A stretch of DNA of 53,160 bases from Rubripirellula sp. (GCA_051010815.1 JBPCVD010000761.1:1-53160); one strand, 5' to 3'; counted from the first letter of the stretch, positions 29,265 through 40,347 are shown. Notes: generated by a model not told the origin, from the letters alone. Made by a program: numbers and translations.

Positions 29265-32087
29265 TTACTCTCTCGTAATGAACTCATCCAGATTCATGAG
29301 CACGCGGGCGACCGCCGTCCATGCGTATCGATCGTTATCTTGATCGTTCGTCGCGTTCGTGGATTGTTGATTCTGAAGAAATGACAAAAGAAATTCAGCC
29401 TCGTTCTTCTCGGGTGGACGACAGAGGCATAACTCCATCGCATGACGCAATCGCGATTCATCATCATCACGTTCTTCCAGCACGCGATCCGCCAACGCCT
29501 CCGCCAACTCGAACATTCCGGGGTCATTCGCAACCATCAAAGATTGAAGGGGAGTGTTCGAGCGACTTCGCCTTGTGCAAGTCACATTAAAGCGAGGCGT
29601 ATCAAATGTCGTCAGCATCGGATGGGGTGAACTGCGGTAAAAGAACGTGTACATCGTACGTCGGTATCGATCCTCACCAACGCTTGTCGGCCACGCCTTC
29701 TTTTTCTGCGTGAACGCGTAAACGCCTTCCGGCTGAGGCGGATACACCGATGGCCCACCAACCTTTGTGGTTAGCTTTCCGGACGCCGAAAGGGCGAGAT
29801 CTCGGACGATCTCCGCATCCACACGCAAACGATTCTGTCGTCCCAACAATCGGTTCAATGAATCAACTGATACAAGTTCCTTTCGAGTGACCGATGCTTG
29901 TCGGTACACTGCCGACGTGACGATTTGGCGATGAAGTTGTTTCCGCGACCATCCCCCCGAAACAAACTCGTTGGCCAACCAGTCGAGCAACTCTGGGTGC
30001 GAGGGAGGAGAACCTTGTGCCCCGAAGTCTTCCACCGTCTCGACGATCCCATGTCCAAAGTATTTTTGCCATGTTCGATTGACGACGACCCGCGGTGTCA
30101 GTGGATTCGCTGTGTCCACAATCCACCGTGCAAGATCGAGTCGATTCCCGCTGTGCGACTCCGCGAGTGGCGGATGAAGTTGCGCCAACGTCGATGGCAT
30201 GACTCGTTTACCGGGGCGAAGAAAATCACCTCTGACTAACAGATGTGTGTCACGAGGCGACTCCATTTCTCGCATCACCATCGACTTGACGCGTTTCGCC
30301 TCTAAACGCTTTTTTTCATCGACCAGTGATTCGATCAACGCCGCATGACGGTCCGTCTCCGGTGGCGTCTCGGAAGAGCAGAGCAACTTGAATCGCCCAA
30401 CGTTGTAGGGTTTCGAACCCTGACGACTACGAAGCGTCAGCCGCAGCTGAGCCGGCGTTTCGAACGACACTGAGTCTTGCAACACAAAATTCGCCCAGTG
30501 TTCGACATTTCCCTTCTGATTCGTGTTGATCGCCCATCCGGTTTTCAGATCGCGATCCACCGCCCGAGAAACGTCATGGCCCGGTTGCGAGTAGTCGGCC
30601 GTCGCAATGGATTGCAGCGGCAACTCGTTATCCTTTCCATCTCGTAGGCTTACGTCAACGAGCACAAAATTCCCGTTCGATGCGCGTCCTGGTCCGCCGC
30701 GAGGTAACGACGGATGAGGCAATACAGCAAGCCTTACCGACGCGATCATTTGAGGCGAGACCGCGAAGTCGATGTGATAAGTATCTTCGAGCGAGTTTTC
30801 GCCACTCACCAACAATGAGTTGTCTTCCAAAGTTTCAAAACTCGCCCCTGAATCTGCCAACGCATTGACGGGTTCAAGCGTGCGCCAATTCATCTCGATT
30901 TTCGCTGCAGGTTTCTCTTCGTTAGCCTTCGCGTCACGAAGTTTCGCTAGCCGAGTCTCGATCTCGCGTATGTCATCGGCATTCGGATCCTCTATCGATA
31001 CTTCAGGGCCACGGTTGTTCTTATCCTGCGTGCTGTTAAAGAACGCGAACAATCCGTAGTAATCCTCCTGACTAATCGGATCAAATTTGTGGTTGTGGCA
31101 TTGCGCGCAACCAACCGTCAGAGCGAGCCATACCGTGCCTGTCGTGTTAGTGCGATCGATCACCGACTCCACGCGAAACTGTTCGTCGTCGGTTCCGCCT
31201 TCTTCATTGATCAACGTGTTTCGATGAAATCCCGTTGCAGTCAATTGGGACAGGGTCGGTTTCGGGAGCAGGTCTCCTGCCAACTGCTCAAGAGTGAATT
31301 GATCAAACGGCATATCATCATTGATCGCCCGCACCACCCAATCACGATACGGCCACATCGTGCGCGCATTATCGAAAGTGTAGCCATTGGAATCTGCGTA
31401 CCTTGCTTGATCCAACCAATGCCGCCCCCACCGTTCACCGTAGTGATCTGAACGCAGCAAGGCGTCGACAAGCGACTCGTATGCATTTGGAGAGTCGTCG
31501 TGAAGAAAGGCTTCGACCTGCTTTGGCGTCGGCAACAGACCGATCAAGTCGAGATACAATCGCCGGATCAATGTCCTACGGTCTGCCTCATCCGAAGGCG
31601 CAACACCTGCGTCTTCCAACTTCCGCATCACAAATCGGTCAATCGGATTGCGGCACCAGTTTGAATCCTTGACATCGGGCGGCGCGACGCTTTGAATTGG
31701 TTCATACGCCCAATGTCGTTGATACTCACCGCCAGCGTCGATCCATCGTCGCAGCGTCTCCCTGTCAGCCTCCGAGAGAGTTCCACTTGAGGGCGGCGGC
31801 ATGATCTCATCTGGATCGCTCGACGTGATTCGCTCCATCAATAGCGATTCGCCTGCATTCTCTGGCTCGATGGCCCCTGACCGAATGGCATCCTCACGTA
31901 CATCCAATCGCAGATCAGCCTGTCGTTCCTCGTCATCGGGTCCGTGGCAGGCAAAACACTTGTCTGACAGGATGGGTCGAATGTCGCGGTTGTATTGCAA
32001 CTCGTCATCGGCGCGCAGGCTCAAGGCCATCACGATTTGAAAGGCAAAAATGAGAACGGTGAAGCGAGACGTTGCGAACAAGTTCAC
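29265..32087 (-). CDS. planctomycete cytochrome c protein (PSCyt1 + PSCyt2/DUF1549 + PSD1/DUF1553)
   Basis: CFACH and CAQCH heme motifs, [18 protein letters not shown], [14 protein letters not shown]. The ORF is open to 32213, but a TATAAT at 32150-32145 favours a downstream start such as GTG 32087. Confidence 0.92.
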   Translation of the reverse strand: MNLFATSRFTVLIFAFQIVMALSLRADDELQYNRDIRPILSDKCFACHGPDDEERQADLRLDVREDAIRSGAIEPENAGESLLMERITSSDPDEIMPPPSSGTLSEADRETLRRWIDAGGEYQRHWAYEPIQSVAPPDVKDSNWCRNPIDRFVMRKLEDAGVAPSDEADRRTLIRRLYLDLIGLLPTPKQVEAFLHDDSPNAYESLVDALLRSDHYGERWGRHWLDQARYADSNGYTFDNARTMWPYRDWVVRAINDDMPFDQFTLEQLAGDLLPKPTLSQLTATGFHRNTLINEEGGTDDEQFRVESVIDRTNTTGTVWLALTVGCAQCHNHKFDPISQEDYYGLFAFFNSTQDKNNRGPEVSIEDPNADDIREIETRLAKLRDAKANEEKPAAKIEMNWRTLEPVNALADSGASFETLEDNSLLVSGENSLEDTYHIDFAVSPQMIASVRLAVLPHPSLPRGGPGRASNGNFVLVDVSLRDGKDNELPLQSIATADYSQPGHDVSRAVDRDLKTGWAINTNQKGNVEHWANFVLQDSVSFETPAQLRLTLRSRQGSKPYNVGRFKLLCSSETPPETDRHAALIESLVDEKKRLEAKRVKSMVMREMESPRDTHLLVRGDFLRPGKRVMPSTLAQLHPPLAESHSGNRLDLARWIVDTANPLTPRVVVNRTWQKYFGHGIVETVEDFGAQGSPPSHPELLDWLANEFVSGGWSRKQLHRQIVTSAVYRQASVTRKELVSVDSLNRLLGRQNRLRVDAEIVRDLALSASGKLTTKVGGPSVYPPQPEGVYAFTQKKKAWPTSVGEDRYRRTMYTFFYRSSPHPMLTTFDTPRFNVTCTRRSRSNTPLQSLMVANDPGMFELAEALADRVLEERDDDESRLRHAMELCLCRPPEKNEAEFLLSFLQNQQSTNATNDQDNDRYAWTAVARVLMNLDEFITRE

Positions 32088-32361
32088 AGCTTTCAGCTTG
32101 GGAAGTGGGATGCGGGGCGGAGTGACCGGTTGGCAGGACATCCGATTATAGACGCTCAGCTCTGACGGATTGCGATCCCCGATGTGGCGATCGATTTGCT
32201 TAAGTGCCGTCAAACCGGGGCCATTCGCCCCCGCAAATCACCGTCGTCGGCGTATCCGCCCTTCGTTCACGCTAGTGGTCGAACGCTTCTATACTGATGA
32301 AGATTGGTGTGACTGGCACTGATTTCCCACCTCCGTTCCTCGCCCACAACTGAATCCCAAT

Positions 32362-35300
32362 ATGCAATTGGAACGATCCGCAATCCCAACCTCGATGTTG
32401 TTCGCCTTGCTCTTCACATCGATCACGGTCGCCCAAGATGATTGGAAATTGCAACCGCTTCGCTTCAACCAGCCTGACTTGGCGGTCGACCTTGGCGTCG
32501 GCCTCTGGGCTTGGCCGATGCCGATGGATTACGACGGCGATGGCGACTTCGATCTACTCGTTGCCTGTCCCGACAAGCCATCCAATGGTGTTTATCTGTT
32601 CGAGAATTCCCAAGGTGCCGGACAGAAATTGCCGGTTTTTAGACAGGGCGTGAGACTCGGCAAGACGACGCACAATTTTCAAGTTAGCTATGTGAACGGT
32701 GTCGCCCGAATCCTCAAACCGGGCTTCGAGTTTCCACGCGACTCCAAAACAGCCAAGTTCGATTTCGATCATCCGGTAAAGATCTATCCGAAATCAAATG
32801 TCCACGAAAACTCAGTTCGCGGAAACATGTGGCGTTACGTCGACTTCGACGACGATGGCGATCAGGATCTGATCATCGGTGCTGGGGACTGGACCGATTA
32901 TGGATGGGACCACGCGTTCGACAGCCATGGCCACTGGAGAAACGGCCCATTGCGTGGCTACGTGTACTTGGTTGAGAACAACGGTAGCGATGACCAGCCG
33001 AAGTACGACACGCCTCAAAAAGTGCAGGCCGGCGGCGGCGAGATCGACGTCTATGGTTGGCCGTCACCAAACTTTGCTGACTTTGATGGCGATGGCGATT
33101 TGGATCTCCTCTGTGGCGAGTTTCTGGATGGGTTCACGTACTTTCAAAACATTGGCTCTCGGTCCAAGCCCCTCTACGCTTCCGGTCGGCGTTTGAAATC
33201 TGAGTCCGGTGCTCCGCTTGTCATGGATTTGCAGATGATCACGCCCACCGCGATCGATTGGGATCGAGACGGCGATTTTGATCTGATTGTTGGTGATGAA
33301 GATGGACGCGTTGCACTGGTCGAACACACCGGTAAGTTGCGAGAGGGAGTCCCAGTTTTCGCAGCCCCGGTTTACTTCCAACAGGAAGCTGACACTTTGA
33401 AGTTTGGTGCCCTTGCCACCCCCTTCGCCTACGACTGGGACGGGGATGGCGACGAAGATCTCTTGTGTGGAAATACAGCTGGCTACATCGGACTCTTCAG
33501 AAATGAGGGAATGGCCTCCAACGGCACTCCTCGTTGGTCTGCTCCCTCGCTGATCTCGACAGGCACCACAAAGTCCGAGCGCAAACCGTTTCGCGTCATG
33601 GCCGGCCCCAACGGATCGATCCAAGGTCCATGCGAAGCCAAATGGGGATACACAACATTGTCTGTCGCGGACTGGGATGATGACTCGCATCCTGACATTC
33701 TTTTCAATTCGATTTGGTCGCGCGTCGGGTTGCTGAAAGGCAAGCAAGATGGCTCTGTGCAGCAGGTGCAATTCCCGGGCACGAACAACGAGTTTCCTCC
33801 TCCATGGTATTGGTGGCGAGAAGATTCGAGCGAGGCAATTTCGCAATGGCGAACGACGCCGGTTGCCATCGATTTTGATGGTGACGACGCTCTTGATTTA
33901 GTCGCCCTCGACCAACACGGATTCCTTACGCTACGACGCAAGGCTGGACCCGCCTCCAGAATTTTTGTTGACGAAAATAACCGTCCGCTTCAATTGAACC
34001 CCAAGTCCTGCGGTGGCTCTGGTCGGATGAAGCTGGCGGTGGTTGACTGGGACGGCGACGGCCGGCTTGATGTGCTGGTCAATTCCGAGAATGCCACCTG
34101 GTACCGCAACTGCGTTGATCGCGATGACACCGTCGTGCTGAAGAGAATTGGAAACCTTGCCAAACGAAATGTTGCTGGTCACACCTCAAGCCCAGCCGTT
34201 TGCGACTTTGACAAGGACGGCAAACCTGACCTGATTGTCGGCGCCGAGAATGGACGGATCTATCACATCAAACACGATGACTGCATCGCGTATGACACGG
34301 CGCAGTTGGAAGCTCATCCGCCAGAACCGAAGTCGCCCCCTCGCTTCCCCGGTTTTGTGAAGGAAGAATTCGTCTTCACCAAAGCGAAGTTCCCGCAATG
34401 CCATGCCTCCACCATCTGTGAAACCTCACGTGGGCTGGTCGTCGCATGGTTTGGCGGAACCCGAGAAAAAGACAAGGATGTAGGAATCTGGGTTTCCTAC
34501 CACGACGGCAACCAATGGACGGGGCCAAAAGAATGGGCGAACGGTGTGCAACACGCGAGTCTGCGTCATCCATGCTGGAACCCTGTTCTGTATCAACCTC
34601 CTGGTGATGCGCCCACAATGCTGTTCTTTAAAGTCGGCCCGGACCCTCGATCGTGGTGGGGGGAAATGATGCTGAGCTATGATCGCGGCAGGTCATTCCG
34701 AGAACGGAAGCGACTGCCGGAGGGAATCGATGGCCCAGTCCGATGCAAGCCCATTCTGTTGGAGGACGGGTCACTCCTTTGCGGTTCCTCGACGGAATAC
34801 GACGGATGGCGCGTCCACTTCGAGAAAGTGGGACTGCATGGTGGCAAAATATCGGAGCCATGGAAACGGGTTGGCCCAATCAATGACGCATCAGAATTCA
34901 ACGCGATTCAACCGACGTTCTTGCGACACAAGGACGGACGAATCCAGGTTCTCTGCCGCACCAAGGAGAGTGTGATTAGCACCAGTTTCTCTTCTGATCT
35001 TGGAGAGACCTGGTCAGCCATGAAGGCGATTGATTTGCCCAATCCGAATTCTGGAATTGAAGTGGTCACTTTGCAGGATGGTCGTCACTTGATGATCTAC
35101 AACCACCTCGGTTCCGGCCAAACTGGCTGGGGACGACGAGGATTGCTAAATCTTGCGATCTCGAACGACGGCCTTGCCTGGCATAAGGTCGCCATCCTCG
35201 AGCAAGAAGAAAAGTCTGAGTTCAGTTATCCCGCGATCATTCAGACGGGCGACGGGATGGTGCACATGACCTACACCTGGAAACGACAACGGATCAAACA

Positions 35301-35373
35301 TGTCGTCGTCGATCCAAGCAAGATTGAAACGGGTGAACCCTTGAGTTTAGAGAACTGGCACGCGCAGCCCTAG
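32362..35373 (+). CDS. exported FG-GAP/VCBS repeat protein fused to a BNR (sialidase-like) propeller
   Basis: About nine DxDxDGxxD repeats; C-terminal CHASTI, WNPVL, Asp-boxes SYDRGRSF and SSDLGETW, PNPNSG, FSYPAII. Confidence 0.85.
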   Translation: MQLERSAIPTSMLFALLFTSITVAQDDWKLQPLRFNQPDLAVDLGVGLWAWPMPMDYDGDGDFDLLVACPDKPSNGVYLFENSQGAGQKLPVFRQGVRLGKTTHNFQVSYVNGVARILKPGFEFPRDSKTAKFDFDHPVKIYPKSNVHENSVRGNMWRYVDFDDDGDQDLIIGAGDWTDYGWDHAFDSHGHWRNGPLRGYVYLVENNGSDDQPKYDTPQKVQAGGGEIDVYGWPSPNFADFDGDGDLDLLCGEFLDGFTYFQNIGSRSKPLYASGRRLKSESGAPLVMDLQMITPTAIDWDRDGDFDLIVGDEDGRVALVEHTGKLREGVPVFAAPVYFQQEADTLKFGALATPFAYDWDGDGDEDLLCGNTAGYIGLFRNEGMASNGTPRWSAPSLISTGTTKSERKPFRVMAGPNGSIQGPCEAKWGYTTLSVADWDDDSHPDILFNSIWSRVGLLKGKQDGSVQQVQFPGTNNEFPPPWYWWREDSSEAISQWRTTPVAIDFDGDDALDLVALDQHGFLTLRRKAGPASRIFVDENNRPLQLNPKSCGGSGRMKLAVVDWDGDGRLDVLVNSENATWYRNCVDRDDTVVLKRIGNLAKRNVAGHTSSPAVCDFDKDGKPDLIVGAENGRIYHIKHDDCIAYDTAQLEAHPPEPKSPPRFPGFVKEEFVFTKAKFPQCHASTICETSRGLVVAWFGGTREKDKDVGIWVSYHDGNQWTGPKEWANGVQHASLRHPCWNPVLYQPPGDAPTMLFFKVGPDPRSWWGEMMLSYDRGRSFRERKRLPEGIDGPVRCKPILLEDGSLLCGSSTEYDGWRVHFEKVGLHGGKISEPWKRVGPINDASEFNAIQPTFLRHKDGRIQVLCRTKESVISTSFSSDLGETWSAMKAIDLPNPNSGIEVVTLQDGRHLMIYNHLGSGQTGWGRRGLLNLAISNDGLAWHKVAILEQEEKSEFSYPAIIQTGDGMVHMTYTWKRQRIKHVVVDPSKIETGEPLSLENWHAQP

Positions 35374-36452
35374 TTCGAGGCGTCTACTGCTGCTGGCGAA
35401 GAATCGTCCTCGGAATCTCGTTCCTGCTGTTGATTCAGCTCGAGTAGCGCTCCGGCCATCGCGCGACCGATGTCGCCATACGTGGATGGGCTCCCCAAGT
35501 AGTGAAAGGGATAGTCGGATCCAACGGTTTGCCATTCGTCCAAGTGTTTTTTCCAACCCTTCTTGAAAACCTCTTCCGCTGTCTTATCCCAGAATTGGTC
35601 GGTCTGGATGACCGCCAGATTTCCGTCGAATTCCGGTAGATCTCCAACCGACGACTGTGCAGCCTTGAACGCTACCTTTCCCGTCGCTTGATCCTCCACT
35701 CCACCCACTCCCAACACCGCGATCACGAAAGGCATCTTCGGTTCCCCGAGGTCCTTTCTTACGTCGCGAATAAGGTTCGCCATGTTTTCAGAATAGGCCG
35801 CCGTGTACTCCGCATTGACCATGTCATTCCAGCCTTGAAACCAGGCGAATCCGGCAATCTCATACCCCTGATCGCCGTACTCGGGGACGTATTGGTCGAT
35901 GTCGCTTAGCGTCGACTGCACGTCCTCCATCATCAGACGATAGTAGACGCCGAAAGTTTGTTCGATATCACGACGCGACGTATCGGGCTTCTTCTTCTGA
36001 GCCTTCTCTAGGAGCGCATCGATGACCGAGGCGTCCGGCTTACTCGAACTCGGTGGCCGAAAGTCACGATAGAGGCTCTTGCCACCCCATGCCGTTTTGA
36101 TGATCAGGACGGGCGATTCCGATGCATCGCCGACGACGAATCCAAAATCTAGTTCCGGCCCAATGCACTTCGGACTGCCATAGCCGACGGTTAGTTTTCC
36201 ATGACGATCCAGGAACTTGATCTGAACGTCATCTCTTTCGATCCATTTGCCATCCTCATGCAGGTGCTCGAATCGTGTTTTCGTTCTAGGATCGCGAATT
36301 TGGTGCTCCAGCAGCGAGACCTTCGCCTTACCTTGCATATTCGACTGGCCAGCAAGGATGTAAACCTGAACCGGCGGCTCCGTCGCGGTGAGTGCCCCGT
36401 AATCACACCACGGAAGAAGAAGTCCAGCCATGATCATCAGCGAGCGGCGCAT
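35370..36452 (-). CDS. exported sialate O-acetylesterase (SASA/CE6-like SGNH esterase)
   Basis: ILAGQSNM, IGPE, KTAWGG, WFQGWND, FHY; signal peptide. Confidence 0.85.
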   Translation of the reverse strand: MRRSLMIMAGLLLPWCDYGALTATEPPVQVYILAGQSNMQGKAKVSLLEHQIRDPRTKTRFEHLHEDGKWIERDDVQIKFLDRHGKLTVGYGSPKCIGPELDFGFVVGDASESPVLIIKTAWGGKSLYRDFRPPSSSKPDASVIDALLEKAQKKKPDTSRRDIEQTFGVYYRLMMEDVQSTLSDIDQYVPEYGDQGYEIAGFAWFQGWNDMVNAEYTAAYSENMANLIRDVRKDLGEPKMPFVIAVLGVGGVEDQATGKVAFKAAQSSVGDLPEFDGNLAVIQTDQFWDKTAEEVFKKGWKKHLDEWQTVGSDYPFHYLGSPSTYGDIGRAMAGALLELNQQQERDSEDDSSPAAVDASN

Positions 36453-36587
36453 AGCGAGTCCGGGTTGAAGGAAATCGTCGGACGGTAATTCAGAAATCGA
36501 TTCAGAGGAAAGTCTAGCAGGAGTCTGTCATCAGCGTTCCGCGACGTCATCGTCTACCATGACCATGGAAAAGAACAAACGAACTGA

Positions 36588-38732
36588 ATGACGCCACAAA
36601 GAATCGTTGCTATGTCGATGCGATTGATCCTCTCCGCAACTCTCTTGGTCCTGCTGGGGCCAGCTTTGCCCGCCGATGATGACGTGTCGGAGCATGACGT
36701 GGTGATTTACGGCGGAACCGCTGCGGGAATCGTCGCAGCCGTCCAGGTCGCTCGCATGGGTCGATCACCGATTGTCATCGAACCGACGAATCGCATTGGG
36801 GGTCTGACCACCGGAGGTCTGGGGCAGACAGATATCGGCAACAAATCGGCGATTGGTGGGATTTCGCGAGAGTTTTATCAACGCATCGCGGCCCATTATC
36901 AAAGCCCGTCGGCCTGGAAGTGGCAGACGCCTGAATCCTATCGCAGCCAGGGACAATCACGCACCCTTCGTGGTGAAACCTCGATGTGGACTTTCGAGCC
37001 GTCGGCGGCATTGGCCGTCCTGCAAGACTTAGTACGTGAGCATCAAATCGACATCATTTTCGCAGAACGACTCGACCGAAGCGGCAGCACCGCAACCGGA
37101 ATGCTCGGATCAGCGATCGAAAAAGTGGGCACAGAAATTCGCTCGATCCGAATGGAGAGCGGAAGAGTCTTCCGCGGTCGAAGATTCATCGACTGCACGT
37201 ACGAAGGCGATCTTTTGGCGACTGCCGGTGTGAGTTACACGGTCGGTCGCGAGCCGAACGACCGATACGGCGAGACATTGAACGGCGTACAAGCCCAACG
37301 CGCGATCCACCATCAGTTTTATCCCAACGTTGATCCGTACGTGGAGAAAGGAAACCCCGGCAGCGGGCTTCTACCTGGCATTGATCCCGGTGGCCCAGGC
37401 AACGAGGGTGGCGGTGATCTTCGTGTACAAGCCTTCTGCTTTCGATCCTGCCTTACAGATCATCCAGAGAATCGAATACCGTTCGCGAAACCGGCCGGCT
37501 ACAACCCGTTGAACTATGAATTGCTGCTGCGCAACTTTGAGTCAGGGCTTACCGGGTTCCCGGCAATCAACTCGGCAATGCCCAATCGCAAGACCGACAC
37601 CAACAATCGGACCGGCTTCTCGACAGATTTCATCGGTCAAAACTACCGCTATCCCGAGGCAAGCTACGCCGAACGTGAGCAAATCGTTGCGGCGCATCGT
37701 ACATATCAACAGGGACTGTTCTGGACTCTTGCAAACCATGAACGCGTTCCCGAGGGGACGCGAACTGAAACCAATCGCTGGGGAACATGCAAAGACGAAT
37801 TCGCCCGAGCCGACGGCTGGCAGCAACAGCTGTACATCCGCGAGGCGAGGCGAATGATTGGCGGTGAAGTGATGACGCAGCATCACTGCCAAGGTCGGGA
37901 AACAGTCGACGACTCCGTGGGCATGGCGGCCTACACGATGGACTCACACAACGTCCAACGTTACGTCGATAACGATGGACACGTTCGCAACGAAGGTGAT
38001 GTGCAAGTTGGTGGATTTCCTCCCTATCCCATTTCGTTCTCTGCGCTTCTTCCGAAATCCAACGAGTGCACGAATTTGTTGGTGCCTGTCTGTCTGAGCG
38101 CCACCCACATTGCCTTCGGTTCCATACGTATGGAGCCGGTCTTCATGGTGCTTGGGCAGTCAGCTGCGACCGCAGCCGTGGAGTCCATCGAGCAAGATTG
38201 CGCGCTTCAACAACTTCCCTATGCGAAACTGCAAACGCAACTCCTTCGGGATGGCCAAGTGCTTGAGCGAGATGCGTCGATGCTCCCGCCTGAAGGGCTA
38301 GCGGTGGAAGATTTGGAGGGCGCGGTCGTGGACGATTCGGCTGCGACGCTGCGTGGATTCGATGGGGTCAGTCATCAAATTGGTCCTTTCGTGGGATCGT
38401 TCTACCGACATGACGGCAACGCAGCCAAGGACCTACAATCCGCCGAGTATGAGTTCAATATCGCGAATGCTGGCCAGTACACGATTCGTCTGTCCTACAC
38501 TTCGAATCCTAATCGAGCGACCAATGTGCCCGTCGCCGTCTCCTCCGAGGATCGTAATTGGGCGCACACGATCAACCAAAAACTCCCACCGGAGAAGGAT
38601 GGATTCGCAACAGTCATGTCGAGCAAATTTGAACCGGGACGCATCGTCGTCCGCATCTCAAATCAAAATACGAACGGCTATGTCGTGATTGATGCCGTTC
38701 AGCTGATCGGCCCCGTGACATCAGACGACTGA
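36588..38732 (+). CDS. exported FAD-dependent oxidoreductase (xanthan-lyase-associated type) with a C-terminal golvesin/CBM-like domain
   Basis: DVVIYGGTAAG, GGLTTGGLG, FIDxTYEGDL, YIREARRM, MDSH, IRMEPxFM; C-terminal NRATNVPV...GYVVIDAVQL. Confidence 0.85.
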   Translation: MTPQRIVAMSMRLILSATLLVLLGPALPADDDVSEHDVVIYGGTAAGIVAAVQVARMGRSPIVIEPTNRIGGLTTGGLGQTDIGNKSAIGGISREFYQRIAAHYQSPSAWKWQTPESYRSQGQSRTLRGETSMWTFEPSAALAVLQDLVREHQIDIIFAERLDRSGSTATGMLGSAIEKVGTEIRSIRMESGRVFRGRRFIDCTYEGDLLATAGVSYTVGREPNDRYGETLNGVQAQRAIHHQFYPNVDPYVEKGNPGSGLLPGIDPGGPGNEGGGDLRVQAFCFRSCLTDHPENRIPFAKPAGYNPLNYELLLRNFESGLTGFPAINSAMPNRKTDTNNRTGFSTDFIGQNYRYPEASYAEREQIVAAHRTYQQGLFWTLANHERVPEGTRTETNRWGTCKDEFARADGWQQQLYIREARRMIGGEVMTQHHCQGRETVDDSVGMAAYTMDSHNVQRYVDNDGHVRNEGDVQVGGFPPYPISFSALLPKSNECTNLLVPVCLSATHIAFGSIRMEPVFMVLGQSAATAAVESIEQDCALQQLPYAKLQTQLLRDGQVLERDASMLPPEGLAVEDLEGAVVDDSAATLRGFDGVSHQIGPFVGSFYRHDGNAAKDLQSAEYEFNIANAGQYTIRLSYTSNPNRATNVPVAVSSEDRNWAHTINQKLPPEKDGFATVMSSKFEPGRIVVRISNQNTNGYVVIDAVQLIGPVTSDD

Positions 38733-38754
38733 ACCGACATCAGACGATTGAACC
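38717..38754 (+). repeat. 19-bp tandem duplication across the stop codon of the FAD oxidoreductase gene
   Basis: GACATCAGACGACTGAACC (38717-38735) and GACATCAGACGATTGAACC (38736-38754), 18/19 identical. Confidence 0.85.
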
Positions 38755-38863
38755 CGCACTGTCAACGATTTCGCCACGGTGATTCTCCAACGGCAATCCC
38801 ATTCCAGCCGTCGAGTTAGAATCAAAGCTGACACAAGTGAACGGTTCGAACCGAGTTGTTGAC

Positions 38864-39964
38864 ATGATGAGATTCACCACGACACTGCTCGCCGCGATCG
38901 TTTCGATGGCGAACGTTGCCTATGGGGATGAGACACAGCCCGCACCGGACGATCGAGTCTCGATCGCTATCGAACGTTCGTTGAGACTGCTGGAATCAAC
39001 CTCTGCGGCCACGGCAGAACAACGAAAGTGTTTTACGTGTCACGGTCAGGCGATGCCTGTGATCGCGCTCGTTGAAGCTCGGAAACGTGGATTCTCGATC
39101 GACGAAAGTAATTTGGAACTTCAACTCGATCACACGGACGCCCATCTTCGGCGTGGTCGCAAGAGCTACCTGGACGGAAAAGGGCAGGGCGGGGGCGTCG
39201 ACACCGCGGGATATGCACTGTGGACACTCGAAGCGGGCGGACGCAGTCGTGACGAAACGATCTCGTCGGTCTTGCAGTACCTCGTTTCGGTCAATTCGAA
39301 ATTAGGATACTGGAAATGCAAGAGCGACCGACCGCCATCTGAATCGAGCCACTTCACCACGACATACCTGGCCTTGCGCGCGATTCACTATTTCGGGGAC
39401 ACCACGCCAGCAGAAGAGGAACGCATCTCCAAGGCATCGGCTTGGCTTCACTCGGCGAAGCCAGTCACCACGGAGGACAAAGTCTTCCACCTTCGATCGC
39501 TTCATTATCTGAGCGCCGAAGAAAGTGTGCTGGCCACGCAGGCGGATTCGCTCGTCGATTCGCAGCGTGACGATGGTGGGTGGGCACAAAAGGATGACAT
39601 GGAGAGTGACGCGTACGCCACGGCGAGCGTCCTTGTAGCGCTGCTCCGTTGCGGTCATCCCGCAAGCGACCATACCGTTTTCGAGCGTGGCCTCGCGTAC
39701 CTACTGGATCGGCAGGCGAAAGATGGTTCTTGGCGGGTAGAAACTCGCAGCAAACCATTCCAAAAGTACTTCGAGTCTTCGTTTCCTTACGCGGAAGATC
39801 AGTTCATCTCCGCATCGGCAACCGCCTGGTCGACGCTCGCGCTGCTGCTTTCGCTTCCTGCAGAAGATGGGAATGGCGAACCACTCGGCTCAAATGCTAA
39901 ACAATCCCAGACTGCAAAATCTTCCCACACCGGAGAATACACCGACACGGACGAGCGTCATTGA
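38864..39964 (+). CDS. exported prenyltransferase/squalene-cyclase-repeat protein with a CxxCH motif
   Basis: Signal peptide, CFTCH, QW repeats QRDDGGW and QAKDGSW, SRS-like ETRSKPFQxYFES. Alternative start at 38837. Confidence 0.8.
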   Translation: MMRFTTTLLAAIVSMANVAYGDETQPAPDDRVSIAIERSLRLLESTSAATAEQRKCFTCHGQAMPVIALVEARKRGFSIDESNLELQLDHTDAHLRRGRKSYLDGKGQGGGVDTAGYALWTLEAGGRSRDETISSVLQYLVSVNSKLGYWKCKSDRPPSESSHFTTTYLALRAIHYFGDTTPAEEERISKASAWLHSAKPVTTEDKVFHLRSLHYLSAEESVLATQADSLVDSQRDDGGWAQKDDMESDAYATASVLVALLRCGHPASDHTVFERGLAYLLDRQAKDGSWRVETRSKPFQKYFESSFPYAEDQFISASATAWSTLALLLSLPAEDGNGEPLGSNAKQSQTAKSSHTGEYTDTDERH

Positions 39965-40020
39965 AACGATTCCGAACGGAGCAGGACATGAGCGCGATTT
40001 CGGTGTCTCAAGAGTAAAAC

Positions 40021-40347
40021 TCAGTCCTCAACAGGAGTCTCTTTCTCGCGAACAAGCACGTCATCGCCCTCAATCTTGACTTCAAAACAATCAACTCGAG
40101 TTCGTGGGTTGTCCTCCCACTTTCCGTCCCGAATGCAGAAACGCCAAGCGTGCCAGGGACATGTCACCGTTTGGTCCTCGACATACCCCTCGGCCAAGGA
40201 AGCCCCCATGTGAGGGCACAGGTCGTCGATCGCGAACCACTCTTCGCCAGTGCGGAATACGGCGACCATCCGACCATCAACAGGGACAGCTCGCCCCTGG
40301 CCATCCTCAAATTCGGAGACTTTTCCGACCGTTTCAAACTCGCTCAC
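40021..40347 (-). CDS. Rieske [2Fe-2S] ferredoxin (NirD/dioxygenase ferredoxin-like)
   Basis: CPH...CPWH ligand motifs; 108 aa. Confidence 0.92.
   Translation of the reverse strand: MSEFETVGKVSEFEDGQGRAVPVDGRMVAVFRTGEEWFAIDDLCPHMGASLAEGYVEDQTVTCPWHAWRFCIRDGKWEDNPRTRVDCFEVKIEGDDVLVREKETPVED

Noticed and set aside
32313-32330. TGGCAC sigma-54-like -24 element before the FG-GAP gene
   Set aside because: There is no GC at the -12 position; a TATACT hexamer near 32290 is a simpler explanation.
32520-34240. Recurrent GAYGGCGAY-like DNA repeats
   Set aside because: They encode FG-GAP DxDGD protein repeats and are not a CRISPR or DNA repeat array.
38717-38780. Tandem 19-mers as a mini-CRISPR
   Set aside because: Only two adjacent copies, with no spacer and no cas genes.
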